64,000 nucleotides of DNA from Schmidtea polychroa (lineage: Eukaryota): NCBI GenBank assembly GCA_044892525.1, contig CM097885.1, positions 21,516,001-21,580,000 of the forward strand, written 5' to 3'. The notes beneath the pieces are model-generated. The model saw only the letters and a list, made by a program, of their open reading frames with translations, did not search any database and was not told the DNA's origin. Position 1 is the first letter of the stretch; every line of letters starts with the position of its first letter. Made by a program: the position numbers and the translations under genes. This document shows, in pieces, positions 36,042 to 46,493 of this stretch.

Positions 36042-37466
36042 ATGCAAAACAAAGCAGAGGAAAACCGGAGAGAAGCAGAGGAACAAAAGATTAACTATGA
36101 GTTGATGAGAAAATACCAAGCCGAGCCGGACGAGTTCGAAGAGAGATTATTATGTGCCGATACAGCATGTAGAAGATTATTAATTGGAGCAAGTCAAACT
36201 CGATGCGGGTGTAGATTGTGCCGAGGGTGTGATATAAGATTAGCCAGACTAAAGCGAGAAACTTGTCCAGGATGTGGAGAAGCATTTAAGTTGGTTCCCA
36301 CTGGTACGATACCGGATAGAGCAATGAACCGAGAAATCAGAGAAGTGAAAATAAGATGCACCCAAAGGTCATGCGAATGGACAGGCCGAGTAAAGGAGTT
36401 AAGAGCCCATACAGACGTATGCGAATATCTAGAATCGGAATGCGAAGCATGCACGGTAAAGTTTTTACGAAAAGAGAAAACCAAACATAAAGGGGAATGC
36501 AAAGCGCGAACGGAAAAATGCGAATTTTGCGGAGAAACTGCTAATTGGAGAGAAATCGAAATGGAACATCGAAACGCAGTAGAAAGACGGATTTGCGACG
36601 AATATACAGGGAAATGCCCAAACGAGTGTGGAGAAATTAACAACGTCAGATTAAATGAACATTGGGAGATATGCACGAGAAAAGCAATAAAATGCCCAAT
36701 GGTGACATTCGACTGTAGAGCACAATTACCAGCAGAAGAAATGAAGAAGCATGTGGAGGAGAATACATTCGAGCACATGCAAAAGATGATGAGAGCAATA
36801 GAGTTAACAGCAAGAGCAATTGAAGACGTCAAAGACGAACTCAAATCACATAAAATCATGATAAAAGAAATGCTGAGCTCACAGGAAAGCTTCGAAAATA
36901 CGAGAGAAGCCGTAACACAAAGGATGTTGAAATTAGACGACAAATTAGTCGAAGTAACTAAATTACAAACCAAATGGACTACAAAGGAACTGACAACAGA
37001 GGAACTACCAATACTACCATACATGTGGAAAATCCAAGGAATAACGGAAATAATGGAGCAAGCAAAGCAAGGAATCCAGACAACGATAGTGAGCAAACCA
37101 TTCTACGCCAAGAAACATGGATACAAGATGAAATTGAGATGGTTTCCAAATGGTGAAGGAAAGTTTAAAGATCGGTGCATGTCCATATATATGCAAATTT
37201 GTAAAGGAGATTTTGACGACCTAATAGCATGGCCATTCCGACATCGATTAAAAATATCTCTCTTAGGAGCAAAAAAGACACATATAATGTGTTTTCGAGC
37301 ATCCAGTCCAGCAGGGAATAAACCGATTACAGAGGTTAATCCTGCGGTAGGAGTAGCAGAGTTTATGCAGCTATACCAATTTAACGAAGGGTCCTACATA
37401 GAAAAGGACACTATATTCTTCCTAATCGAACTAGATGAGGAAGGACCAACAATAGAAATACGATAG
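36042..37466 (+). CDS. Full-length TRAF-like protein (RING, zinc fingers, coiled coil, MATH), intronless
   Basis: C..C..CGCRLC..C..CPGC RING; C...CEWTG....L..H...C TRAF zinc fingers; YMWKI...SKPFY...GYKMKLRWFPNGEG...KGDFDDLIAWPF. Confidence 0.95.
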   Translation: MQNKAEENRREAEEQKINYELMRKYQAEPDEFEERLLCADTACRRLLIGASQTRCGCRLCRGCDIRLARLKRETCPGCGEAFKLVPTGTIPDRAMNREIREVKIRCTQRSCEWTGRVKELRAHTDVCEYLESECEACTVKFLRKEKTKHKGECKARTEKCEFCGETANWREIEMEHRNAVERRICDEYTGKCPNECGEINNVRLNEHWEICTRKAIKCPMVTFDCRAQLPAEEMKKHVEENTFEHMQKMMRAIELTARAIEDVKDELKSHKIMIKEMLSSQESFENTREAVTQRMLKLDDKLVEVTKLQTKWTTKELTTEELPILPYMWKIQGITEIMEQAKQGIQTTIVSKPFYAKKHGYKMKLRWFPNGEGKFKDRCMSIYMQICKGDFDDLIAWPFRHRLKISLLGAKKTHIMCFRASSPAGNKPITEVNPAVGVAEFMQLYQFNEGSYIEKDTIFFLIELDEEGPTIEIR

Positions 37467-37606
37467 ACGGATAGAAGGGAACTGTAAATATTTTGTAAAA
37501 ACGATGTAAAGTAAATATAAAGTTATTGTATACAGTAAAGTAACGTGCCAAAACCATAAAAATTAGAAAAAGAAAATGTAAAAAGAAATGATGAAATTTA
37601 TTATAG

Positions 37607-38785
37607 ATGATTAATCAAGAGAGACCGAATATCCGAAAGAAAACGATCACAATGAGAGAGGAAGAGGACAATATGTCACCTAGAGAAAGAGTGAAGGATG
37701 CGGAAGTCAGCAAAACAAAACCAAGTAGTTACGCATATTATCGGAGAATGGGAAACGATTATAATTGGGTACACGAAAATTTGAAACTGGGAAATAATGA
37801 ACAATTCAGATGTGAGAACCAGAGATATCTGTCATTTGAACATCAGACCATTTTTACCAAGGAACAAAGCCGAGCGCTAGCACGCGACGGATTTTTCTTC
37901 TCCGGAAAACCAGAGATACCCGATCAAGTAACATGTCGTTTCTGTAAAGGGAAATTAGCAGAATGGAAAAAAGGAGAACACCCAAAGGAGGAACATCGTA
38001 GACGATTCCCAACTTGTCTATTCGTACTGGGATTTGATGTACACAACAAACCGGAAATCAAATACGAAGCCTTGGAGAAATTGAAAACTGAAGACGAAAA
38101 AGGAGGGAAAATGAGCATCGCGATAACCAGAATCGTTGATGAGTATGTTCCAACTTGTGAAGGGGAATTCCTCACGCAAATAGCAGATAATAGAATGAAA
38201 ACGTTCGGAGATGATACGAGAGGACCTGAATTAGCAATAAGAGGGTTCTACCTAACAGAAAATCAAATACTAAAGTGTGAAAGATGCGAAAGCCAACAGA
38301 GATTACCGGAAGAAGGCATACCAGAAATTAGACATCAAGCATGGTGCCTATATCACAACGAACAAGAAACCGAATATCCGGAAGTACTAGTAACAGAGGA
38401 AGAGGTTGACGAAGTGGTAGACAAACCCAACATGTGCAGAGCGTTGAAAGCAGCCGGAATAGGCACGACAAGGGCAAAGAACATGATTAGAGAGAAACTA
38501 CAGAAAAATGTACATATACCAACAACAACGTACGATATGATCAGAGCGATAACCCAGTATAGAGAAAAACCTGAAACAAAAATAAAAGAAGAATCAATGG
38601 TCAAAACAGCTATCTTACGAGATATCAAATGTACTATGTGTTGGGAGAGGAGTGTAGAAGTTATTCATATGCCATGCGGACATTTGATCGCATGTGCCAC
38701 ATGTAGTAGAAAAGTAAAGGAATGTCCGATGTGCAGACAGAGGATTGCGCAGCGAATCAAAGGATTCCGCTACGCCGATCAATAA
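37607..38785 (+). CDS. Inhibitor of apoptosis (BIR, degenerate BIR, C-terminal RING), intronless
   Basis: RYLSF...LARDGFFF...DQVTCRFC...W..GEHP..EH....PTC; second RMKTF..LAIRGFY..C..C..H...C; CTMC...PCGHLIACATC...CPMCR. Confidence 0.95.
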   Translation: MINQERPNIRKKTITMREEEDNMSPRERVKDAEVSKTKPSSYAYYRRMGNDYNWVHENLKLGNNEQFRCENQRYLSFEHQTIFTKEQSRALARDGFFFSGKPEIPDQVTCRFCKGKLAEWKKGEHPKEEHRRRFPTCLFVLGFDVHNKPEIKYEALEKLKTEDEKGGKMSIAITRIVDEYVPTCEGEFLTQIADNRMKTFGDDTRGPELAIRGFYLTENQILKCERCESQQRLPEEGIPEIRHQAWCLYHNEQETEYPEVLVTEEEVDEVVDKPNMCRALKAAGIGTTRAKNMIREKLQKNVHIPTTTYDMIRAITQYREKPETKIKEESMVKTAILRDIKCTMCWERSVEVIHMPCGHLIACATCSRKVKECPMCRQRIAQRIKGFRYADQ

Positions 38786-38867
38786 CAAAAATTAAAATTC
38801 CGTGTATAAAGTGTAGATAATAAATGTATGAAATAATAGTGGTAGTAATAGTGTAATTATTTAGACA

Positions 38868-40466
38868 ATGAATAAAGAATCACAAACCTATGTGGAAACC
38901 GAGATGCAACAACTCGAACAGTACAAATCCATCATACAAACATACGAAGCAGAAAGAGTAAAGAGAGAAATAGAAATGTACAAAACCATGTATGAGAAAA
39001 AGCAACAAGAATTAGAAGCGGAGAAGGCGGAAGCACTAGCAACAAAGGAGGAGTGGATGAAACAGGTAGAGGAATTAACCGAGGATGTGAGAAATACCTC
39101 AACATACCAAGAATTGGAGGAAGAGCTCTCGAATTTACGAACTCAGCGGATTATGGAGATAGTTGGGTTATGCGGAGAGATAATAATGCAGAAGGCACAA
39201 ATTAGGGAAGCAAAGGAGCAATACGAGGAGGAACAGCGTAAAACGGAACGAATAAAACTACAAGCGCAACAATGGAAACTAAAGTACGAAACCCTCCAGA
39301 CAAGGCAGAATGATAGTCACGAACATCAAATACGGAATTACAAGGCCGAACTAGAAGAAGTAAAGGGCAAATGCGCAATGATGAAAGAAAAATGGGAAAG
39401 ATGCAAAAAGACCCTAAACGAAGTCAGAGGGCAAGGGAGGAGAACACCGCATAGAGAACCAATTGTTAGAGATAACGTATTAGAGCGAATTAACACACAA
39501 ATAAAGATACAAGCCCAGAAATGGAAGTATAAATACCGAGGAAGTCAAACTCAAGTGCTATATTGGAAAATCAGTAGCAAGGAACAACTGCGATTACGAA
39601 AAGCAGACCAAGAATTTTACGAAACAAGAGCTGCACAGCGAGAAGAAGAGGAAGTAGAGTGGAGAAAACGACAGCAGAAAACTGAGGAAACCGAAAAGTG
39701 TCTCAAGCATCAAGCCCGAAAATGGAAAAAGAATTGGAAAGAGACCAAAGAGGAGTTAAGACAGTTACCAATAAAACTGATGGAAAGAGACGAATTTAAA
39801 ATATGGGAAACGATAGAAAACCAAAAAGATGAGATCAGCCGATTGAGTAGAGAACATAGAATCAAGACGCGGATCAGCGACGGTAGACAGAGAATCATAA
39901 AGAAACAGACTCGAGAAATAAGAAGGTATGAATTCCAGGAAAAGAGATGGGAACAACAATTGACAGACCAAGATCGACAGATCCGACAATTACAAACTGA
40001 AGTGGAAGAAGCCAATCAAGAGATGAACGGATATAAAGGTATGTACACCCAAAGGGATGTGAATTGGAAGCACCAGATTGAGCTTAATGCGAAATATAGA
40101 GAGGAGTGCGACAAGACAATTCAACAAACCAAACAGGAAACCGAGATAATAAAACGATGCTTCGAAGAAAATGAAGCAAATTTGAGAGCGGAAATTGAGA
40201 AACTAAAAACGCTCGAAAGAACCCAACGATTGGAAGAGGAATTAAACGAAATGATAGAAAACGAAGGTAGATTAACGTTTTTATTGGATGAGGAAATAAA
40301 CATCTCAACGGAACTACGAGAGGAAATAGATCGGTTAAGGAGACAACCACCAATATTATTAATGCCACTCTACCCGTTCCCGTTGCAAGTGCCACAGCCT
40401 GCCGAAGTCACCACAGATGAAGGCTTCGATGAAAATAACGAACAAAATAACGCAACATGGATTTAG
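38868..40466 (+). CDS. Accessory 532-aa long coiled-coil protein
   Basis: E/K/Q/R heptads throughout, a repeated QA.KWK motif and a Pro-rich C-terminus. Confidence 0.8.
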   Translation: MNKESQTYVETEMQQLEQYKSIIQTYEAERVKREIEMYKTMYEKKQQELEAEKAEALATKEEWMKQVEELTEDVRNTSTYQELEEELSNLRTQRIMEIVGLCGEIIMQKAQIREAKEQYEEEQRKTERIKLQAQQWKLKYETLQTRQNDSHEHQIRNYKAELEEVKGKCAMMKEKWERCKKTLNEVRGQGRRTPHREPIVRDNVLERINTQIKIQAQKWKYKYRGSQTQVLYWKISSKEQLRLRKADQEFYETRAAQREEEEVEWRKRQQKTEETEKCLKHQARKWKKNWKETKEELRQLPIKLMERDEFKIWETIENQKDEISRLSREHRIKTRISDGRQRIIKKQTREIRRYEFQEKRWEQQLTDQDRQIRQLQTEVEEANQEMNGYKGMYTQRDVNWKHQIELNAKYREECDKTIQQTKQETEIIKRCFEENEANLRAEIEKLKTLERTQRLEEELNEMIENEGRLTFLLDEEINISTELREEIDRLRRQPPILLMPLYPFPLQVPQPAEVTTDEGFDENNEQNNATWI

Positions 40467-40498
40467 TCGAAGGGAGATGTTGCCTGTAAATAAGAATG

Positions 40499-40544
<46 letters not shown>
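40499..40544 (+). repeat. 46-nt poly(A) tract between accessory ORFs
   Basis: Pure A run starting 33 nt after the stop at 40466. Confidence 0.9.
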
Positions 40545-40546
<2 letters not shown>

Positions 40547-40629
40547 AAAACCAAATAAAAATTACAAAACCAAAAAATTCAGAATAAAAAGAAGACAAAA
40601 GGAAATATGATATGTATATTTTTGTAGAT

Positions 40630-41397
40630 ATGAATTATTTAAAAGAAAGAGAATCAACGAGTAACGAAGGAAAGTCAAACGACCAACCTGAACAAAACCA
40701 GGATATGATACCAATCAAACAAGAACCGATGAAATATTATAGCAATAAATGGAGAGTCAGCAAGAAGTTGTTCAAATTAAAGATTGCAAATCAAAATGTA
40801 GAGATTACGAGATTGAGGCAGCATATTGTTCAATCAAGACGATTAATAAACACTGTCAAACAAGAAATTTTGAGGGAAATAAAGGAATCGAAACGAAAAG
40901 AGACAGAAAATAAAAACCTGAGACAAGAGATAGTAGAGTTGAGAGCTCAGGCAGTAATCGAAGATTATTGGAAATCAGAAACAAGGAAGTTGAAAAAGAT
41001 TGTGAATATCGACCAAGTCTATATCGAGCAGTTAGAAGCACAATATGCTTATGCAAAAACAAGAGTGCGAGAAAGTAAAAAAGTCGAGAAGAGAAATGTA
41101 AAACTCAAGGAAGAGATCAAGGAACAAAGAGAGGAAACAGAAAAACAATGGAAGTTGAAAGAAAATTACCGGAGAATCTTAAATCAAAAACGACGAAGCA
41201 TGCAAGCATTGCAGACGGCAATAACCATCAAGCAGAGAAAATGGAAAAGTAAAGAGAAGCAATTACAAGAAATACCAGAATTAAAGAGACAGTTGATAGC
41301 AACGCAACTCGAAGTAATAAGAATGAACGAGTTGAGCAAAAGACGAGCACCTGAACCTCCCGTAAAATTAAGGGATGAGGTCGGTGGCTCCCAATAA
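40630..41397 (+). CDS. Accessory coiled-coil protein (probable start 40630), probable paralogue of 38868-40466
   Basis: ORF 40612-41397; the second ATG follows ttttgtag; KW..IANQNVEITRL resembles KW..IENQKDEISRL. Confidence 0.75.
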   Translation: MNYLKERESTSNEGKSNDQPEQNQDMIPIKQEPMKYYSNKWRVSKKLFKLKIANQNVEITRLRQHIVQSRRLINTVKQEILREIKESKRKETENKNLRQEIVELRAQAVIEDYWKSETRKLKKIVNIDQVYIEQLEAQYAYAKTRVRESKKVEKRNVKLKEEIKEQREETEKQWKLKENYRRILNQKRRSMQALQTAITIKQRKWKSKEKQLQEIPELKRQLIATQLEVIRMNELSKRRAPEPPVKLRDEVGGSQ

Positions 41398-41473
41398 ATG
41401 AGACAAAATAACCGTGTAAATAAATTGTAAATAAAGCCAAGTAATTATTATTAACATATATGTATATGTAAAG

Positions 41474-42460
41474 ATGAGAAGCCTAATCGTGATGATGATT
41501 ATAATGACAATGCCAAAAATCCTGCAAGCAGAAGAATCAATGATCAGATGCCAGAAAGAATACCCATATCGCAGAGAAGATAGTACATGTAGTAGCTTTA
41601 AATCGATCTGCGAAAAACCCAATGAGGAATGCGAACAAATCAAGTTACAATGTTCGCAATGTCCACAAACAACTGAAAGTTCGACGGAAGTGCAAATGGC
41701 TCAGACAATAAAAACAATGTTAGAACAAGAAATGAAAGTTATCAGAACCCAGATAGCAACATTAGCCAAACAATGTCAAAGTCAGAAATCAAAGAGAGAA
41801 TCCCAAACAGATCCAGCCGCAATGAGAATGATGGTAATAATATTAGAGGAAATAAAACAACAGGTAACAGCAACCGCCTATGGACGTTCAAGCAATTGCG
41901 AAACAGTAGTAAAATCTTTGGAGGAAATGAAAGGAAAAATAACTTCCATCATCAAAGAGGAACCCAGCATTAAAAATGAGGTAACGAAAACCTTGAAAGA
42001 AATGACAAGGGAAATCCTAACTACCATAAACAAAAACCCAACGAACTCCGAGAAGATGATTAAAACCCTTGAGGCAATAAAGAAAGTTGTCACCTCAGAA
42101 GAAAACAAATTCAATAAGCCCGAAAAATCAGAAACGGCGGATACAACCCAATTAAAAGAAATTATGAACAAACCCAAAGTAATAGAACCGAGAGAGTCTG
42201 AATCCCTCACAATATTGATCCTATTAGCGGCGAGCCTAATGATAAACATCACCGTACTGAGCCTGATTGCACTCAAACCCAATTCCAGTAAAGAAAGAAA
42301 CAAAACCCTCAAACTAAAGGAACAATCAAGAAGTATTCGTATCCCAATGGAAGAACAGCTAGTCCAAACAACGAACCAACCAAGCTACTTCAAATCTTCC
42401 CCAAACATTGAAACCAGAGCCGTCATCGAGACGAGATCCCGAACAACCGAATTTTATTAA
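41474..42460 (+). CDS. Accessory type I membrane protein (signal peptide, 6-Cys head, helical stalk, TM)
   Basis: N-terminal MRSLIVMMIIMTMPKILQA; Cys cluster; three K[ST]L.E[MI] helical repeats; TM LTILILLAASLMINITVLSLIAL. Confidence 0.8.
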   Translation: MRSLIVMMIIMTMPKILQAEESMIRCQKEYPYRREDSTCSSFKSICEKPNEECEQIKLQCSQCPQTTESSTEVQMAQTIKTMLEQEMKVIRTQIATLAKQCQSQKSKRESQTDPAAMRMMVIILEEIKQQVTATAYGRSSNCETVVKSLEEMKGKITSIIKEEPSIKNEVTKTLKEMTREILTTINKNPTNSEKMIKTLEAIKKVVTSEENKFNKPEKSETADTTQLKEIMNKPKVIEPRESESLTILILLAASLMINITVLSLIALKPNSSKERNKTLKLKEQSRSIRIPMEEQLVQTTNQPSYFKSSPNIETRAVIETRSRTTEFY

Positions 42461-45400
42461 TGTGACATCACGACAGTATAAACATTTCATGACATTATAA
42501 AACATTATCAAACAATCATGATTTCAAAGACTGAGACTGATTATGACTAATAACATTGATTCTTGAGCATGATAATTTTATTTTTGTGTGGACCGACCTC
42601 GGTCGTTCTTTTTCTTCATCTTTCAACCCATCCGTAGAATGTAGTATAATAGTAGCCTTTTTATGTATGTGGGTATTGAGGTCACGACCCTGTAGCTCGT
42701 AGACCCAATTTGCATGTAGGCACTTGTAATATAGTGCAAGTATTCTGAAAAATAATTTTCTTCATCTTGTGATTTAAATTGCGGGTCGCAATTTTATGGG
42801 CCCCCGAGTGTTTTATGTTGGGCTAGAACTGACTTCTAGACCCAAACTTGAATTGTGACTGAAAGGTGCAGGTACACAACATGCAAAAGCAAGACGTTTA
42901 GCTAAATATTAAAATTACATCAAATAAACAATATTAACTAAAGGAGAAAGCAACAAAAACATAAACAAAGAAATTAAACAAAATTATACAAAAGCAAGAA
43001 GTGATGCAAAAATCTAACTCAAAAATAACCAAATAAACACAGAGTTACAAAAAACAGACTCGAATAACTTAAAAGACGATAAAAACAGTAAAACATTCCA
43101 GAAAAACCCAGAACATTCTATAAAAATGGCGATGACCATCACAAAAGTCATCTAGAACAACAAAAGTTAAGGAAAATAAATAAATTAGTATTAAAAATAA
43201 TAAATCTTTAAAAGAAATTCACAAAACATCAGTTAAAATAAAAATTAAATTAAAAATAAAATAGAATGTTCTGGAACCGTTCCAAATCCATCATGGACGG
43301 CAAATTAACGAAAAATAATTAAAAAATAAAAATATAAAAATAAAAACAAAAATTATGGCACAAAAATTGTCATTAAAAATAGCAAAATCGCTAAATAGAA
43401 AATTCTGGAATAAAAAGAATTCGAGTTTGTTTTAATGCATCAATACATACACGTGTACTAAATAGGTATATATACTGACACGTTTCAGTCACAATCAATC
43501 ACTTTTATGCCAAATTTTTGTGACGAAATTTCCAAAATCGATAGTAAGCATTGATCTTTATTTGTATATTAATTGTTTAATTATATAGATGGTATTTTAA
43601 ATTTATTTTTGCTTAAAATTTTTTGCGATGTATGAGTGATCAACGGCGTACTGGTATTCCTGCGTCGTTGTTCAGTCCTGCATCCAATTTATTAAAATCG
43701 TTATTAACAGGACATGCAGACACGCATTATCATTATTATAGTGATATTTATTATATGATTTCTTTTTGTTCGGGTCAGCCGGAGGTCGAACTACTTCATG
43801 GTCCTGCCATGGAGTTAGGTCGAGGAAACCCTCCGCCTGACTCTTTGTATTTATTCAAGGTCAACCGTAAATGGTTGACTTAGCACACAACACTAAGGTT
43901 TGTAGAAGTGGTCACAGTGGGGCCATGGAAGCAATATTCTTCCCGACTTTCGTTTAATACACATGAAAAATCCACATTCAAAATCATAAACAACGACTCC
44001 ACACTAAGGTCCTAAATTGAGTAGAGCTCATACCTAAACTTACACAATTCTGCAAGCACATTAATGTAGTTGGTTGATCAATAATAATATTTTGGTACAC
44101 TTGGACATATGCCGAATTAGGTTTGGTAATAGGAGCCCATGGTAATTGGAATAATAGAAATGGTAAAATTCTTCGGCCTATGTCTAAGTAGAGCTTAAAT
44201 TTGGATAGACCTGTGAATAAATCACCGACTTAATGAACCCAACGTAAGGGAAAAAGTTATAAATTTAAAAGAATCCCGAATCTAAATTCTCACTGTAACA
44301 TATTCCTAAAGGTATAAATAATTGATTATAACTTTTATAAATAACTATAATAGCTTGGAGATAATTATATTGATAAATTATAGACCTAAAACCGTAAATT
44401 ACTGAATATAAAACTACCAACTATAAATTAAAAACTTAAATTTCTAAATTGTAGACTTTAAAAGTGTAAAGTATAATCATAAAGTCTAAAATACCGAATA
44501 TAGTATTATAAGTTATAAACTATACAACTATGGATCAAAAATCTAAACTGTAGATCATAAAAGGGCAAATCATAACGATGAAGTCTGAAATGTAAGAGCG
44601 TAAAATGTGGAATATAAATTGTCAGCAAAAACTATATAATCATAAAGTAAAAATCTAAATTTCTAAATAGTAGACTATAATTGTATAAATCATAACCATT
44701 AAGTCGAAAACATAACGTCGTAAAATATTGAACAAAAAATTTAAACCATATAATCATAAATCAAGAATCCAAATTTCTAAATGGTAGACCATGAAACTAT
44801 AAATCTGAAAATAGAAAATTAGGAAGTAAAAAATATAAAATGGTAAAATGTTAAATAAACAATTTATAAATTATAAAGTGTATGATGAGAACTTCTAAAG
44901 TATGAATTTATAAACTGTAAGATAAAAAATTGAAAATCGTAGACGAAAACCTGTAAAGTGCAAAATGTAACCTTCGAACTCATAAAATATGAATCCCTAA
45001 ATTGTGAAAGCCAAAATACGAATGGTAAAATATAAAGTTATATTATCACTATTATTATTAGTGTTGCCATTATCATTATTACTATTATTATTGCTATTAT
45101 TGTTCTTATTGCTATCCTTATTGTTCTCATTATTATTATTATCATTATTGTTATTATGACTATTACTATTATTATTATTACCACTACGATCATTTGTTAT
45201 CCTCGTTATCACCATTTTTACGGTTATGATCATAATTAGTATTACTTACTAGGAAAGCAAAAAATCAATTATTGATTTTTTCCCCATATCTAGATTTGGA
45301 GTCAATTCTTTTGCCCAATAAAAACGTTCCTAACTGAAAATCTATATTTAGCAACACCCCCCCCCCCAGAGAAACCTTAAGGAAAAATTCAAGACGGGGC

Positions 45401-46127
45401 TATGACAATCAAGAGTTTCCAGGAGATGGTGAGGATGACTCCGGCGAACCATGCAATTGAATAAATAAGCCATAATTCGCAGAGATTTACCTACATACAG
45501 AATACAAATATTCCCGAAAAATTTCCAATTTTCGGCGAGGGACAAATTGCGGGTCCAAATCAAATATTGGGCATGAAATGTCATTCCCTGGGAAGAACTA
45601 TGGGAAGACTACTCCAAGCTAATATATTCCCCTTACTCGATCGAGGTTCCTAATGTTATCGCCTAAAAATTAAGGAAGTAAAAAAATCAAATAAATTACT
45701 TGCATGTAGAGCAAACCACTCATAACGAGCACAACCGAAGGAAAGGTAAGCAGACGAAGAGCTTAGTTCGTTGCTAGTACCTGTCGCCCCAGCGTGCCCG
45801 AATTTAGTGGCCTAAAAATGACGATCTAAAAAAATTCACATTTTATTAACATATAAATTAAAATTTATAAATAGTAATTAAAATTGCCACTCGGTGGTAA
45901 GCAGGATTTTGAATGGAAATGATTGATTTAAACAAACGAATTTTGACGAAATTTTTTTTTTGTGTTTGTTTTGATAAAGTAGGAAATCTTATTCCACTGC
46001 TCCTAAGCTTATAGATGTTAGTCTTAAAATAAAATATTTTTTTAAAAGGGAAAAAGGGTCAACAAAATCTTGTGGTTGACGTCGTATCTCAATCAGCATA
46101 GAGGGGCTTGATTATTATTTTGTAGAA

Positions 46128-46493
46128 ATGTCCTACTCTGACAGCGATAGCCACGAAGAAGCCGACCGACAGATGCTTACCAGACTCCGTACACGGTACA
46201 TATGGCACCGTATCCATGATTGGAATCGGGGTTTGGACCTCGACAACTTTGGCCCAGTAATCAGGAGTGGGCCGGAGCCGGACGCTCCGGCGTGGGTAAA
46301 AACAGAGCCCACAAACGATTTTTTGCAAGAGGCCCGCGACCGAGCGGCCATCGAGGTAGAAGCAGCTCAGATGCGACTCAAGAAGATCGAGCTACAAATC
46401 CAAGCAGAAAAAGAGGGAAAAACCGTGGAGGACCTAGAAGAGGCCGAGGCAACCCCGCGGAAGAGGGGAAGGCCTCGCAAGCGACTGAACTGA
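46128..46493 (+). CDS. 3' LTR copy of the AT-hook ORF
   Basis: Translation identical to 15822-16187. Confidence 0.7.
   Translation: MSYSDSDSHEEADRQMLTRLRTRYIWHRIHDWNRGLDLDNFGPVIRSGPEPDAPAWVKTEPTNDFLQEARDRAAIEVEAAQMRLKKIELQIQAEKEGKTVEDLEEAEATPRKRGRPRKRLN

Noticed and set aside
35349..41473. Bacterial-type operon with Shine-Dalgarno GGAG motifs
   Set aside because: The GGAG words lie just after stop codons, far from the next ATG, and the genes and context are eukaryotic.
21452..42312. Many minus-strand ORFs within the element (e.g. 36194-37096, 25427-25918)
   Set aside because: Antisense shadows of A-rich coding sequence; Ser/Phe/Leu-rich with no recognisable motifs.
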